The translations under genes were made by a program, and so were the position numbers. 64,000 nt of DNA, taken from NCBI GenBank assembly GCA_010909165.1, contig MU008154.1, forward strand, positions 62,001 through 126,000, written 5' to 3'. The stretch comes from Anthoceros angustus. Taxonomy: Eukaryota > Plantae > Anthocerotophyta. The first letter of the stretch is position 1. Every line of letters begins with the position of its first letter. This document shows positions 39,770 to 51,599 of the stretch, piece after piece. The notes beneath the pieces are model-generated. The model saw only the letters and a list, made by a program, of their open reading frames with translations, was not told where the DNA came from and did no database searches.

Positions 39770-40520
39770 ACTTGTCCTTGGGTCGAAATGGGGATGATTA
39801 ATGGCAAAATTTTGTTCTTGCATCAAGGAATGCTCGCTCTACGAATCATTTGTCCTTGTGTCGAAATGGTAATCCACAAGGGAAAAATTTGTCCTTGGCT
39901 TACAAATGGTCATCCGAATGGCCAACGGTCAAACGACATGTTGATCCACAAACATTTGTCCTTGGGTCACGATTTCGCCATCCAAAATGGCAAAAGTATG
40001 TCAATGGACCACGAAATGGGCATCAACCATGTCAAACAATTGTCCTTCTTACCCGAAATGGTCATCCACAATGGGAAACATTGTCAGTGTCTAATGAAAT
40101 TGTTATTCAGAATGGCAAAAAATAGACCTTCGGCCAGGACATGGCAACGACGAGTGGGAAACATGTGTCCTTGGGTCACGAATTGGACTTCCAATATGGC
40201 AAAATTATGTCCTTGGACCACGAAATGGTAATGAACAATGGCAAATAATTGTCCTTCGAACACAAGATGATCCTCCATAATGGGAAACATTTGTCCTTGG
40301 CTTACGAAATGGTCATACAGAATGGCCAAAATTTGACCTGCGGCCCAGACATGGTCATGGAGAATGAGAAACATTTGTCCTTGGGTCACGAAATGACCAT
40401 ACATAATGGGAATTTAATGTCCTTGGACCACGAAATGCGCATGAACAATGGTAAATAATTTTCCTTCGATGAGGATATGGTAATCCATAAAGGGCTAAAT
40501 TTGTCCTTGGCTTACGAAAA
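39770..40520 (+). repeat. 42-bp tandem repeat (~18 units) with a 210-bp (5-unit) higher-order period
   Basis: Consensus ~TTGTCCTTGGGTCACGAAATGGTCATCCACAATGGCAAAAAT; variants recur at ~210 bp (TTGGGTCACGA 39962/40171/40381; TTGTCCTTGGCTTA 40291/40501). Confidence 0.9.
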
Positions 40521-43093
40521 TGTCATCGGGAGGCCTATATACCAATCATGCATGGATGCCATATGTGCACGAGAAGGTGTGGTGGACAATCGCGGGTTCT
40601 GTGTTTTAGGCATGTGCATGCCACATGTGCACAAATAGGTGGTGTGTGCACAAACTCGAGTTTGCTTCGTGAAAACGGCATGGCATGGCAGCCGGTGCAT
40701 GCCCTAGGACTTACGCCTCGCCTCCCCCTCCTCTCCTCTTGCCTCTTCCCCATCACCAGGGGTTACCTCACCTCCTTGTCGGCCATCGTCGCCCGAGTTC
40801 CTCACTTTGTCGCTTGTCGATTGTGCATGCAGTGACTCGGTTGGCCTTCCTCGACCATGGTTTGGGACGTTGACTTTGAAGATTTGGCTGAAGCTGTTCG
40901 CTTAAGCCTGGAACAAACCCCGCCAATCCGTGCCGTGGATGTCGGTGCCCATAACGTCGCTGCCTTGGAAGGAGGAGAGGTGGGGCCCATCGATAGCAGG
41001 TTGCGCCACTGTCGAGAGGGAGAGTGCTGGAAGCCGGAAAATGGTCCAGCAAGGGGACTTGGCGCTGGTGCCTGACGAAGCGGCCCAACGGCTGGATGGA
41101 AGCACGGCATAGGATGGTGGGCGCGGCAAGTGAGGTGGGCGGTCGTGGAGAATGCCGATTACAAGTGGAGGGTGGATGCTCATGGGCGTGGAGGCGGGAA
41201 GCGGAGAGAGGGAGGTGCTGGGAGGAGAACTCACGAGTGGAGGAGTCCAGAGGCGGGGCGATGCTCAGTGGCGGAAGTGGAGCGGTGTCTCCAGCAGTGG
41301 GAGCTAACGCTACATTTCCTGGGGAGAGAATCCAAAGTCGGAGGAGGGATCTGCCGGGCGACATCCGGAGGAGCGAGGAAATTGGCGTGAGTCGGGAGAG
41401 GACTTTGTCCAACTTGAGGAGCATGGTGGTGCAAGAGGGTGACCACGTGTGGCTGGGGAGAGAGATGGCATAGGTTTTGTGGACCTTCGATCGGTGGCGG
41501 ACGGACAACCCCAACAAGCGTGGCGGGAGGGTGCCTTTGGAGGAGAAACTCCTCCACTGGGAGTGGGCAGTCTGGTGGGCGCGGTTGCGGAGGAGGCCAA
41601 GGCGCGCCTATGATGGTGAGGAGGCGGTGAGGAGGAGGACACAGCGGAGCGAGGATGGGGAGAGGCGAGGCGATGTGGAGATGGCGGATCTTGAGGTCGA
41701 GGAAGACATCATTGCTACATTGGAGAATTGAGAAGCACAGCCATTAGAGCGATGTCATGGCCGTGTTGTCAGGCTACATGGGCGTGGTGGCGTGTACATG
41801 GTGGGAGTTATGCGATGGAGGGTGGTTGAGAATGAGGAGGCGGACGAAGAGTCGTCGATGAGGAAGGACGGGTGAGAAGGCCTTCCACCACGTGTGTTGG
41901 AGCTAGTGTGCAAAATGGAGTTGATGATGCCATGGTGAGCCACGCGACGGTTTGAAGGCGGTGAGGAAGGTAGAGTATGAGTTCCCAAGTATAGATCGCG
42001 AGGATATTGTGGCCGAGGTTTGCGGGTGCATCGCGGACAGGAACCACAATGTGGGCAAGAAGGTGCGCAAGCGCAGGGAGGAAGGGAAGGATGCAAAATG
42101 GTTGCATCGCCTAATGTCAACGAAGGCATGGAGGCGTGGAGCAAGGCTGGTGACTTTGCGAGCATGGTGGTGTGTGGCCAACACCACGGCTAATCCCAGC
42201 GTCGGCAAGACTTGCCAAGCATGAGCATGGGACCAATCCCTTTGGTCCAGTGGGGAAAGGAGTTGACGGTATGTCCAACGGGAGGGGCGCAACCTGGATG
42301 AGTTGAAGTGGGCAGCAAGGCATGGATTAGACTGACATCTTAGAATCTTGGAGTAATAAAATAGTCGTTGACGTTAATGGAATGCTTGGTTGTGATATGT
42401 AGGTTTCGATATGTAGGGGCGTCACATAAGTGATGTGTGTGCATGCTGAGGGAAGAAGGGAAGGAAAGCGGGTGGAAGGTGAAGGCCAGTCGGAAGGCCT
42501 GAGAAACCGGTGGAGAGAAGGAAGATGGAGGAAGGTGCCAAGCGGGGCGTCCGTCAGTGATGCGGAGGCAACGTGGATGGTGGGGATCCTGGAGGTGTGA
42601 TGGCGGTGCCGGCAACATAAGGCGTATCACGCGATACCGTGGTCGGCGTGAGTAAGGTGGGGTGGCAACCTGATAATGAAAGATTGAATGCTATTCGCTT
42701 TAAATACGTAATTGTGGAAGTTACGAGGACGTTTTTAAGCACTGCGGGTTTTGACTTTCACCCAGGTTTGAATCATTGCCTTCATCAAACAAGCAACCCA
42801 TTCCCTCAACACCGTTTGAATACATGTTGAATTGAATGAGCAAAATATGAGATCTTTCACATGTTTAAATCACAATGTGTATACATTTTGGTTGATCGCA
42901 AAGATGGTGTCAAAGGCCGTAAACACATGTCTAGAACTATGACTTCCATAATATATTGAGTGTGACTCCAATGAGCTTGATAAAACGAAAGAAACTTGAG
43001 TGAGCCATAGCTCTCTTCACCATTTTGATTCCTTTATAATTTACGACCATTAATATATCATTATATATAATTTCAAACTCACGATCAACAATT

Positions 43094-43188
43094 GAAAGAT
43101 ATTTCCCATGATTTTTTGTTTAAAACTACAAATTCTTGTTGATCGAAAGATATTTCCCATGATTTTGGGTTTTAAACTACAAATTCTT
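43094..43188. repeat. Short direct repeat (2 x ~44 bp, period 51)
   Basis: GAAAGATATTTCCCATGATTTT...AAACTACAAATTCTT twice. Confidence 0.85.
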
Positions 43189-43342
43189 AACTATGCTGGC
43201 CAAAATAAAGACATGTGAGTCCCTTTCTATCAAACCATATCATTCGGGCATGCCACACCCTTAAAATCAACAAAGTTAGTTTACTAAAAACATTAAGAGG
43301 TTTGAACCCTCGACCTACTTATCCCTGAACTTTTTCCCAACC

Positions 43343-43618
43343 AACAACAACAACAACAACTTTATTTATGTCCACTAAGCATGGAAGAACCATCATGGGA
43401 CCAGGAGATAGTCTGACGTAAAAGGGTTTTAAAAGCAAAGGTATACCTCTTACGTCTCAATCCCGAACTAGAGAAGGTGACCAGACATGGGAGGAGGCGA
43501 GAAAAGAAGGCGAAGACTACAAGGAGGTCAACAAGGACTGCCCGAAGACTCAAGAACATGAGAGAGACATAGTCGGAGAGCCTAGGAATGTGGAAGAGAA
43601 AAATCTTAGAGAATAACA
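43343..43618 (-). mobile_element. 3' end of a non-LTR retrotransposon, split by the Copia insertion; continues at 50103-50335
   Basis: Minus strand ends AATAAA followed by (GTT)6; the other half has a degenerate CCHC-like segment (YCLMP...SH..FECAG...RRDL). Confidence 0.5.
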
Positions 43619-43622
43619 TATG

Positions 43623-46600
43623 TGTGTTGGGTCATGATTAGGGTTGTATTAATTGGGTTTAGTTAAAGCTATAGTACATGACCGTTCATTAGGGTTCGTT
43701 AAACGAGAAGCGTTATGTCTTTTCACATTTAGTTTAAGTTGTCTTTTCATGCATAAGCACTTTAACCCCTTTCTTGACTGATATACAATGTAATTACTTA
43801 ATGTGATTTATTTCTACATAATCTATATAATATTGTTATGGTATCGAGCTTACTTTGTAGAATGCATCTAGGAAGATGCGCATTGAATTGCACTAGAAAA
43901 TGTGCACGAATTTATCTTCTTTAGTCTTCCTATTTTGAAAATGAGTTCAAAGAAAGAAACAAGAAGATTTTCAAGAAAATAGTTTTATATTTTCTTTTAG
44001 AAAAATCTAACATGAATCTTTCAATCGTAGATTTTCTAATGCATTTCCATTAAATTGTCGGTTTAGACAATTCCATGCAGATGCACTAGAACAACGCCTA
44101 ATAAATGATTAGTGTATATGATTTATATAAAAGGATCTCTATAATGCAGAATTTGCATTTTAGATATAACAATCGGCTCAAGGCCATGGCAAATTATATC
44201 TACCTTGCTCCCAGAAAAATCCTAGGGGAACAACAATCCTAGGCGTCTGGATCGTGATTTGCCAATCAATTACATGTGTGTGTCCAACAATGGAGCCACA
44301 CGAGACTCAACGCGCCAGCGAGACAAGGAGCATTCAACACACTACTTGAATTGCTGTTGTGAACTCGACACATTCACGGTGGAGGAGCGTTGTACAAAAT
44401 CAACCACTTGCTTGTACACCAACGCTTTCCTCACGCGGTATGCACAATCAACCGATGTAAACACAATTGTTCAGCGTCTTGAAACTAACAATAGGAATGT
44501 TGAAAATAGATTCAACCAAATTTGTCATGTTTACTAGTATCGATTTGCGAGTTTAAAAGAACGACATATAGATTACAAACTTGTAATGCTATTAAAACCC
44601 GATTCTTTATCTAACCCAAAGATTCGGAGGTATTGCAAGCACGTAAGTAAAACAAATCGTGAAAGGAAGTTTGACTCACCAAATTCTTGTCCTTCATGTT
44701 CAACTTACGCCATAACAAATATGAGATGAGAAGTGCTAGGATAGCAAAGATGCATGGGATCAAACCCCGCGTCAAAACCAACATGCACTGTAAGTAATAA
44801 TGAATGGACGATCGAAAGTGATCTAGGCGATTTTGGAAACGTCTTCAATAAAGCAGTCGAACACATAGAAGAAAGTCTATACCCGAAACATGGGTGATAC
44901 ACTTGTCTTCTAACTTTGGTAGTAGTGAATCCTTCAAAGAAAAGGCAGTTCAGCAATGACTTTGATATCGCTCATCCGGATGGAGGTGTTCTCGAGATGA
45001 GAGGCCTCCTTAAATATGCAACCTAAATGTAGAGTATCCCGCGAAGGGATATCAAGGCAGTTGGTTAGCTAAAGGCAGTAGCCAAGTACCTCATCTGCGT
45101 GGCCTAACATAAAATGTTGAGGCAGCTGGGTGAAGACTTCAGAAATCCTAACTCGCCTCAAGGAACTCTACGCGAGGCGAGAACATGGTCGTCTATGTGA
45201 CTTCAAAACTTTGAGAATGAAGGATGGGGACTCGTGGAAAAGCACGTGAGTACCTTCAGACCCTAGCTTCAAGGCTTGAGGTGCCTCCAAAGTCACCATA
45301 GGAGGCGATGAAATGGTGATGAGACTCCTTCTTTCTCTTCCAATCGTGGTCACACTTTGTGACTTCACATATCTCACAGAACCACGAGGCTACATTGTTA
45401 GCCAAGAAACAAGGTGTGGAAATGCCGGAGATGAGCTTTTCACAGCTGGTGAGCTCAATGCTTCAAGAGGAAGCAAGCAAGACCAACTATAGGCGTGCAG
45501 GGAAGCAGCAGGCCCTGTACACATCCAACCAAGGACGAGGAGGTAGAAGGACCTTCTCAAAGGGTGGAAGCAGCAGTAATTTCAAGGGTGCTGGTCAACA
45601 GGGAACCAACACTCTATACAAGAAAACCAAAAGGCGGTAATCGGTGCAAGTTACAGCCATTGGGAACGTGAGTGTCGGGAAGAAGCGAATTCCTCGCAAG
45701 GAGGGATCTTCATGAGACACACGTTGTGGTCAAGAAGCAAAATACTCCCGCCCTAATTGGAACAAGGGAGTTTGCAAGTCCATGCTACCCACATGCTTGT
45801 CGCCAAAGCATATTTTAAACCCACTTGAGTGGTATCTCGACAGAGCCACTCATATTTGCTTTGACAGCATTCTTAACATAGCCACTTGCTGACCAAGATG
45901 TGTATCTTGGACGATAGGTCTCTTGTCTCTCCGGTATCAGAGACTTGCGGCCTCGGACTAACCCTCAAATTGCGGATGTCTACTATGTACCGACATGACA
46001 AGAAACCTCATCTCGCTTAGAAGGCGAATCGAGACAATAAGCCATGTGCTATTTACTAGAAAATGTCGATTATAGATGCATTTGACCATAGGAAGGTACT
46101 TGCATATGGGTCTTGGACCATGACTGTTGTCTCCATTTGAATAGTGGAATAGTTGAGTCCACGACCGGATGTCTCCAAGGCATCAGCACAGATAACTAAA
46201 TCTCTCGGTTGTGGCATGCCCGCTTAGGTCATCCACATGGCAAAGTACAAAGTTAGCGATTAGTGACCTTTAGATGGACCCATTGGTCCCTTGACCTCAA
46301 TTCCATTATGTGAGGCTTGTGTTCTTTCTAAGAGACATCAAGCGACCTTCAAAAATCGTGCCCTCACCGCAAGTGATCTTCTTGAACTTGTCCATACGGA
46401 TCTGTGGACCTCTGTCTGATTCAATTGGTGGAGGAAAATATTTCCTCACATTCACCGATGACAAGAGCAGTTGTCACATACATCACGAAATGAGTGTTTC
46501 TCCTACTTCAAGGAGTATATCAAGTTTTGAGCGATGGCGAGGGAAGCGGTGAAAACCTTAAGATCGAGATAATGGTGGGGAATTCACATCACATGAATTC

Positions 46601-49600
46601 CGTGCCTATTGCAAGGATGAAGGAATAGGTAGACACTCACGATTGTCTACACTCCACGAGCAGGGTGGCGGGCGTCTCAACCTCACATTGCGGAAAATGA
46701 CCTCCTCTTTGCTCCATGACGCTGCCGTTGCCATATTGGTGAGGCCCTTATGACTTCAACTTACCTACGCAGCAGTTACCTACTAACGTTAATGGATGAC
46801 CCCATATGAGGTGTTCACGGAAGGAAGCCATCTCTTAAACATTTAAGGACCTTTGGTTGCCTTGCCTACGCCTTTATCCCTAAAGAGAAGCGGAAGAAGC
46901 TTTCAGACAAAGCTAGAAAGCTACTCATGCTTTGGGATATCTGAGGGCATAAAAGCATACAAACCGTATGATGTTCCCACCAACAAAGTTATTTATGCTC
47001 AGTGTTACCTTTAATGAGGCACGCACTTGGGCTTGGTGGGAGCACAAGATCCTCCCTACAGATGGCAGTCGGATGACATCTCGATCACTCATTTTGATCT
47101 TTCGACCATGGCACTCGGTCTCTAGCTCCATTGAGAATATTGCTCCTGGTGGGGAATATGCGCTGAGCTGGCACTCTAGATGGCAGCCACTATGCCACCC
47201 ATCATACGGGATCAATTTCCTCGATCACGCGATGATACACAACGATCTGCTCAACGACCCAGGTTGATCTGATGATGACACGCTTGAGGACATACCGATG
47301 AACCCGATGAAGCACCTCCGAGCGAACACATCCGCGATATCCTACTCGTGATGAAGACCCCGATTATTATTGTGCCTGACTTGAACTTCTTCCCATAATG
47401 TGAGGGTCAATGCAGCCTCTCTTGATCCTATAGAACCTCAAACCTATCTTTGAGGCGTTGACTAGACCGATCACAAGGAGTGGGAGAAAGCTATCTGATT
47501 AGAATATGACTCGCTCATAGAAAATGGCACATGGGAGATAGCAAAATTACCCCTGGCGGAAAATGGTGTCTTGTAAATGGGTCTTCAAATTAAAGGTGAA
47601 AGCTGATGGTACCTTGGAGTACAAAGCTAGGCTAGTAGCAAGAGGATTCTCATTCTGGACTTGATTACTTAGAGACTTTCGCTCCGTTGTAAAACTACAC
47701 TGCGTCCTCCTTGCAGTATCAACATACAATGATTATGAACTGCAAATGTATGACGTTAAAACCCTTCTTGCATGGAAAATGGACACGAGATATACATGCG
47801 GAACCTCCGGTTTTGAGGTGGAAGGAAGAGGACCATGTATGCGGACTTATCAAGTCATGGTCTTATGGTCGATCTGCTATGAAGTGGAATGAAGAGTTGG
47901 ACTCGAACTCCAAGCCCTAGACTTCACTAAAAGCCTTGCAGACGGTAGCCTCTACATTTACTGAGAAAAGAAGATGTAATGTCATTACAGCGGTATCGTT
48001 GACGACTTGATTACATGTACCGAGGACTTTATAAAGAAAATAACGAGACATGCTTGCTAAGAGATTCAAAATGTCTTGGACCTTTACATAGCTTGGTATA
48101 CACATACAAAGAAATAGGCGGCTAGGATTATGACACTTACACTAGATATCTGGAAAGTGCAGAGCAACTTGGCCTCAAGGATGCCCTGCAACACCCATGC
48201 CACAGGATCGAGGCTTAGCAAGCTCATGTCCCCTTCACAAGAAGAAAAGGAACATATGAGGGAATTCCTTACAGGCGGGGTGTTGGGAAGTTGATATATG
48301 CTTCAAACACAACAAGGTTAGAAGTTGCCTACACCACAAGCGATCTCTCGCATTCTTGGAGAATCCAGTCAAGAACGGACTAGTTTGAAACGTGTCTTGA
48401 TACCTAAAACACGTCATCATGGGCATCGAGATACAAACATGAGAAGGAAAACCCCTAGACCGAAGTTTCTGACTACGACTATGCGGTGATATTGAGAAAA
48501 TCATCTCAGCTATGTCATATCGATTCTTTGGAGGACCGTCATTGGTCGAGCAACAACATCGTGGCTTTATCCTCGGAAGCAGTATAGAGTCTGACAGAAA
48601 TTGTGTGGTGCAAGTTACTCTTCCGGGACTTGGGTATACCAATTCCCACATGACAATTAACACACAATCGTGGTTCCATGTCACTTGCTAAGAACCCGGT
48701 GTTTCATGCGCAAACATGTGGAGGTCGAATACCACTACATCGGAGGTCCGTGACAACAGGAAAAATTGAGCGCAATATGTACACTCAAGACAATCCTGCG
48801 GACATACTTACCAAGGCTCTCAGAGAGCTTCCACAACAAACATGTTCGAGTTTGGGGCTTGGGGACTCAAGCGAGTTCTTGACCTCAACTACCAACAAGG
48901 TCTAATCCAAGCAAACCTAAAACCAGTGAAACTAGGATCCGAGGAGTAGAATCAATTTCCTCTCCGGTTGTAAAGACTCGATTCATCCTCATATGAATCT
49001 TTTCCGTGTCTAACGGATGAGAAGCTCTCATCGGACCTTGGAGAATTACGTTTCCTCGCTCTTCATAGGAAATCCTCTCCTCTTTCAAGGTCTTCCTCTT
49101 CTTCAATCCTCAAGTTGGAACCTTGGAGCAGTGGGAGTAGTTAGCAAGCGATGGCTAAGGGCAGTGCATAAATGGAAACACAGCGGGATGTAAGCGGCAA
49201 GGGACTTACGATATATGCTTACAACGTGCCACAGGTAGGTAGCGGCGAGCACATCAACACGTTTCATGATGATCTCGACTCCATAGTCACGGTCTTGTGC
49301 AGTTAGCGTTTGAGGACGAGCAAGAGTTGCATAACTCACCAGTTTAGTCTCCTGTAGATAATCGTTGGGCCTAGGAAATTTCAGAGGCAGTGAGGGCTGA
49401 GCTTCATCTTCAGAATACTGATACTCAGCCTGAACGGGATGCTTCTTCACGGACTTGTCAGCTGCGGCTCTTCTTTGCTCTAAGACAGCCTTCGTGGTTC
49501 CCTTGGGGCGTCCTCTTCCTCTCTTTGCTGGCTTAGTAGCAGCAGAGCTCACTTGGGCAGTTGTTCTCGGTGCGAATCGCGGGCGTCGAGGTTGAGCTCG

Positions 49601-50102
49601 GCGCTTGAGCAGCATCGGACTCAGCGAGGCGGAGACATGGTGGCGGATCTTGCGCTCTAGCACCTCGAGAGTAAGAGACTCGGGAAGTATGCCGTTAAGA
49701 GGAAGGCGCACCTCATTTGTGCCGTCTTCACCTGAACAAGGCATCTTGCTCGAGATATGGCTAGGCGGGCGTCGATTAAGAGAAGCGGGCTATGGCGCTA
49801 GAAGAATCAATACCACTGAACTCCAGTTCCACAGCAGCGGCTAGCTCGGAGGGATACAATTGAAATCATGATCAACAAGTGGGAGTGATAGATGTGTTGG
49901 GTCATGATTAGGGTTGTATTAATTGGGTTTAGTTAAAGCTATAGTACATGACCGTTCATTATTACGTCGGCGAAGCGTTATGTCTTTTCACATTTAGTTT
50001 AAGTTGTCTTTTCATGCATAAGCACTTTAACCCCTTTCTTGATATACAATGTAATTACTTAATGATGTGATTTATTTCTACATAATCTATATAATATTGT
50101 TA
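43623..50102 (+). mobile_element. Full-length Ty1/Copia LTR retrotransposon (frameshifted gag-pol ~45000-48860)
   Basis: LTRs 43623-43838 and 49893-50102; PBS 43839-43849; gag HWERECRKK; protease EWYLD; LWHARLGHPH; integrase GGKYFLTFTDD and DNGGEF; RT CKWVFKLK..KARLVARGF; RNase H AKNPVFHA and DNPADILTKAL; order PR-INT-RT-RH. Confidence 0.93.
48885..49744 (-). CDS. Antisense accessory ORF in the Copia 3' region, AT-hook containing
   Basis: 213-aa ORF 49103-49744 with KRGRGRPKG, continued in another frame to 48885; lies between RNase H and the PPT. Confidence 0.55.
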
Positions 50103-51599
50103 AATCTCTACGTAGTGAGAAGCCGGCACACTCAAAAGAAGAGTAATGTGAAGGACGAAATATCGGCATGAGACAATAAAAGAAGTGTGGCAGTTGGATT
50201 GAAGTCGAGGATCAAAGGCAGCTTGAGATCCTATAAGTGCTTTGGGGAGGTAGGCTTTGGGGCTAGCTGGTCGGTCTCAGTCGAGGAGGTGGTACAGAGC
50301 CAGCCCCACTTTCCGAGACAACTATGCCAAGCCTAATCATCACTTTGAAGTGTTATGACTTATTTTATATCTATGAGCGGAGGCTGCAAGGGAAGAGCGT
50401 CCGGCGGTGAGCCGCGCCCTCCCGGAAAGGCGATGCATGGGAGGTGTCTCACGTGGGGAGGTGGCCCAGCGGCCGGCGCGCCCATAGGTAGGGCGTGCAT
50501 GGGAAGGGCGTGGTAAGTAAGGCACATGAGAGGGTGCATGGAGGCTGGGTGGCCGGCGGCCATGGAGCATGGCGTGTTGGGGAAGGGGGCGCGGTGGGAG
50601 GCGGTGCCCATGGGCGAGGCATGCCATGGGAAGGAAGCTAGCCGGGCCGGGCGTCCTCTTTATGGATGCGATGTTTTGAAACTCCTTCTCTCATGCTGCA
50701 CGGATTTACACCCATTTTTCTAAAAATCTAGCGAACCTATTTTCATTCATTCGTTAAGCGTATACTATGTAAGTAGCTTCGTTTTCGAGAATATATGGAC
50801 ATGTTCAAATTACCGGCATAAAGCGTGGAGCATAGCATTACTTTGAGATTGCCTGCATTGTAAATGGAAGCCAGCGATGTTGCCTTAGTGAATATTAAGT
50901 CGGTCTACAAGTCGGTCCCAAGACGCCAGTCCGGCCCGGCGTCACCTGTGACTCAAGGAGTTATCAAGAATGAGGGTCTCCCTCGCGAGTTGAGGACCCT
51001 CAAGATCAATGATACATGATTGTTCTGAAGTCTTGAACATGACGTCTACAGCAAGAGGTTAATATACAGCCCCCTTTGGGGTGTTGCTGAAACCCCCTTG
51101 TGATACCTACTTGGTACCTAAAACACGTTTAGCAATCACGATCTCCATACATTTTGGACGTTGTATTTCGCGGCCTTTGAAGTCGCCATAAGCGATTACC
51201 CAGCTGAAGCATACACTGCGGGAATATGGGGCAGGTGCAGGCGGCTGGCTGGCATGCTGGCTAGCTCATGTCCGGGCGTAAAGGCGGACATTTTTACAAA
51301 TAATGCACATTGCAAAATATGGCGGAATCGTGGACACATGTCATAAATCTTTGAAGTGATGTGTGCTTTTGAATCCTATTACATTGAACCTGCAGGTCAC
51401 TCATGCGGGCTATTGCAGGACTCAAAAGCCCCAATGTGAAGCGAATCTAAAACTACGGCTAGGTTTCGCATCGCTCCGGTTCTTCTTCGTCCAAAAGCAT
51501 CATTCTCACCCAAAGCGTTGTCGCCGTTGTTAACCTCCGCTTGGACCTTTGACGGCGTGGGAGGTTGCCATATGGTATCCAGGCGTTTCTTTGTCCTTC

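Noticed and set aside
39770-40520. CRISPR-like array
   Set aside because: Units are contiguous diverged tandem copies with no unique spacers; no cas genes; eukaryotic context.
50103-50117. TCTCTACGTAGTG as a CACTA right end
   Set aside because: Only the terminal bases match, there are no subterminal repeats, and it lies within the LINE-like fragment.
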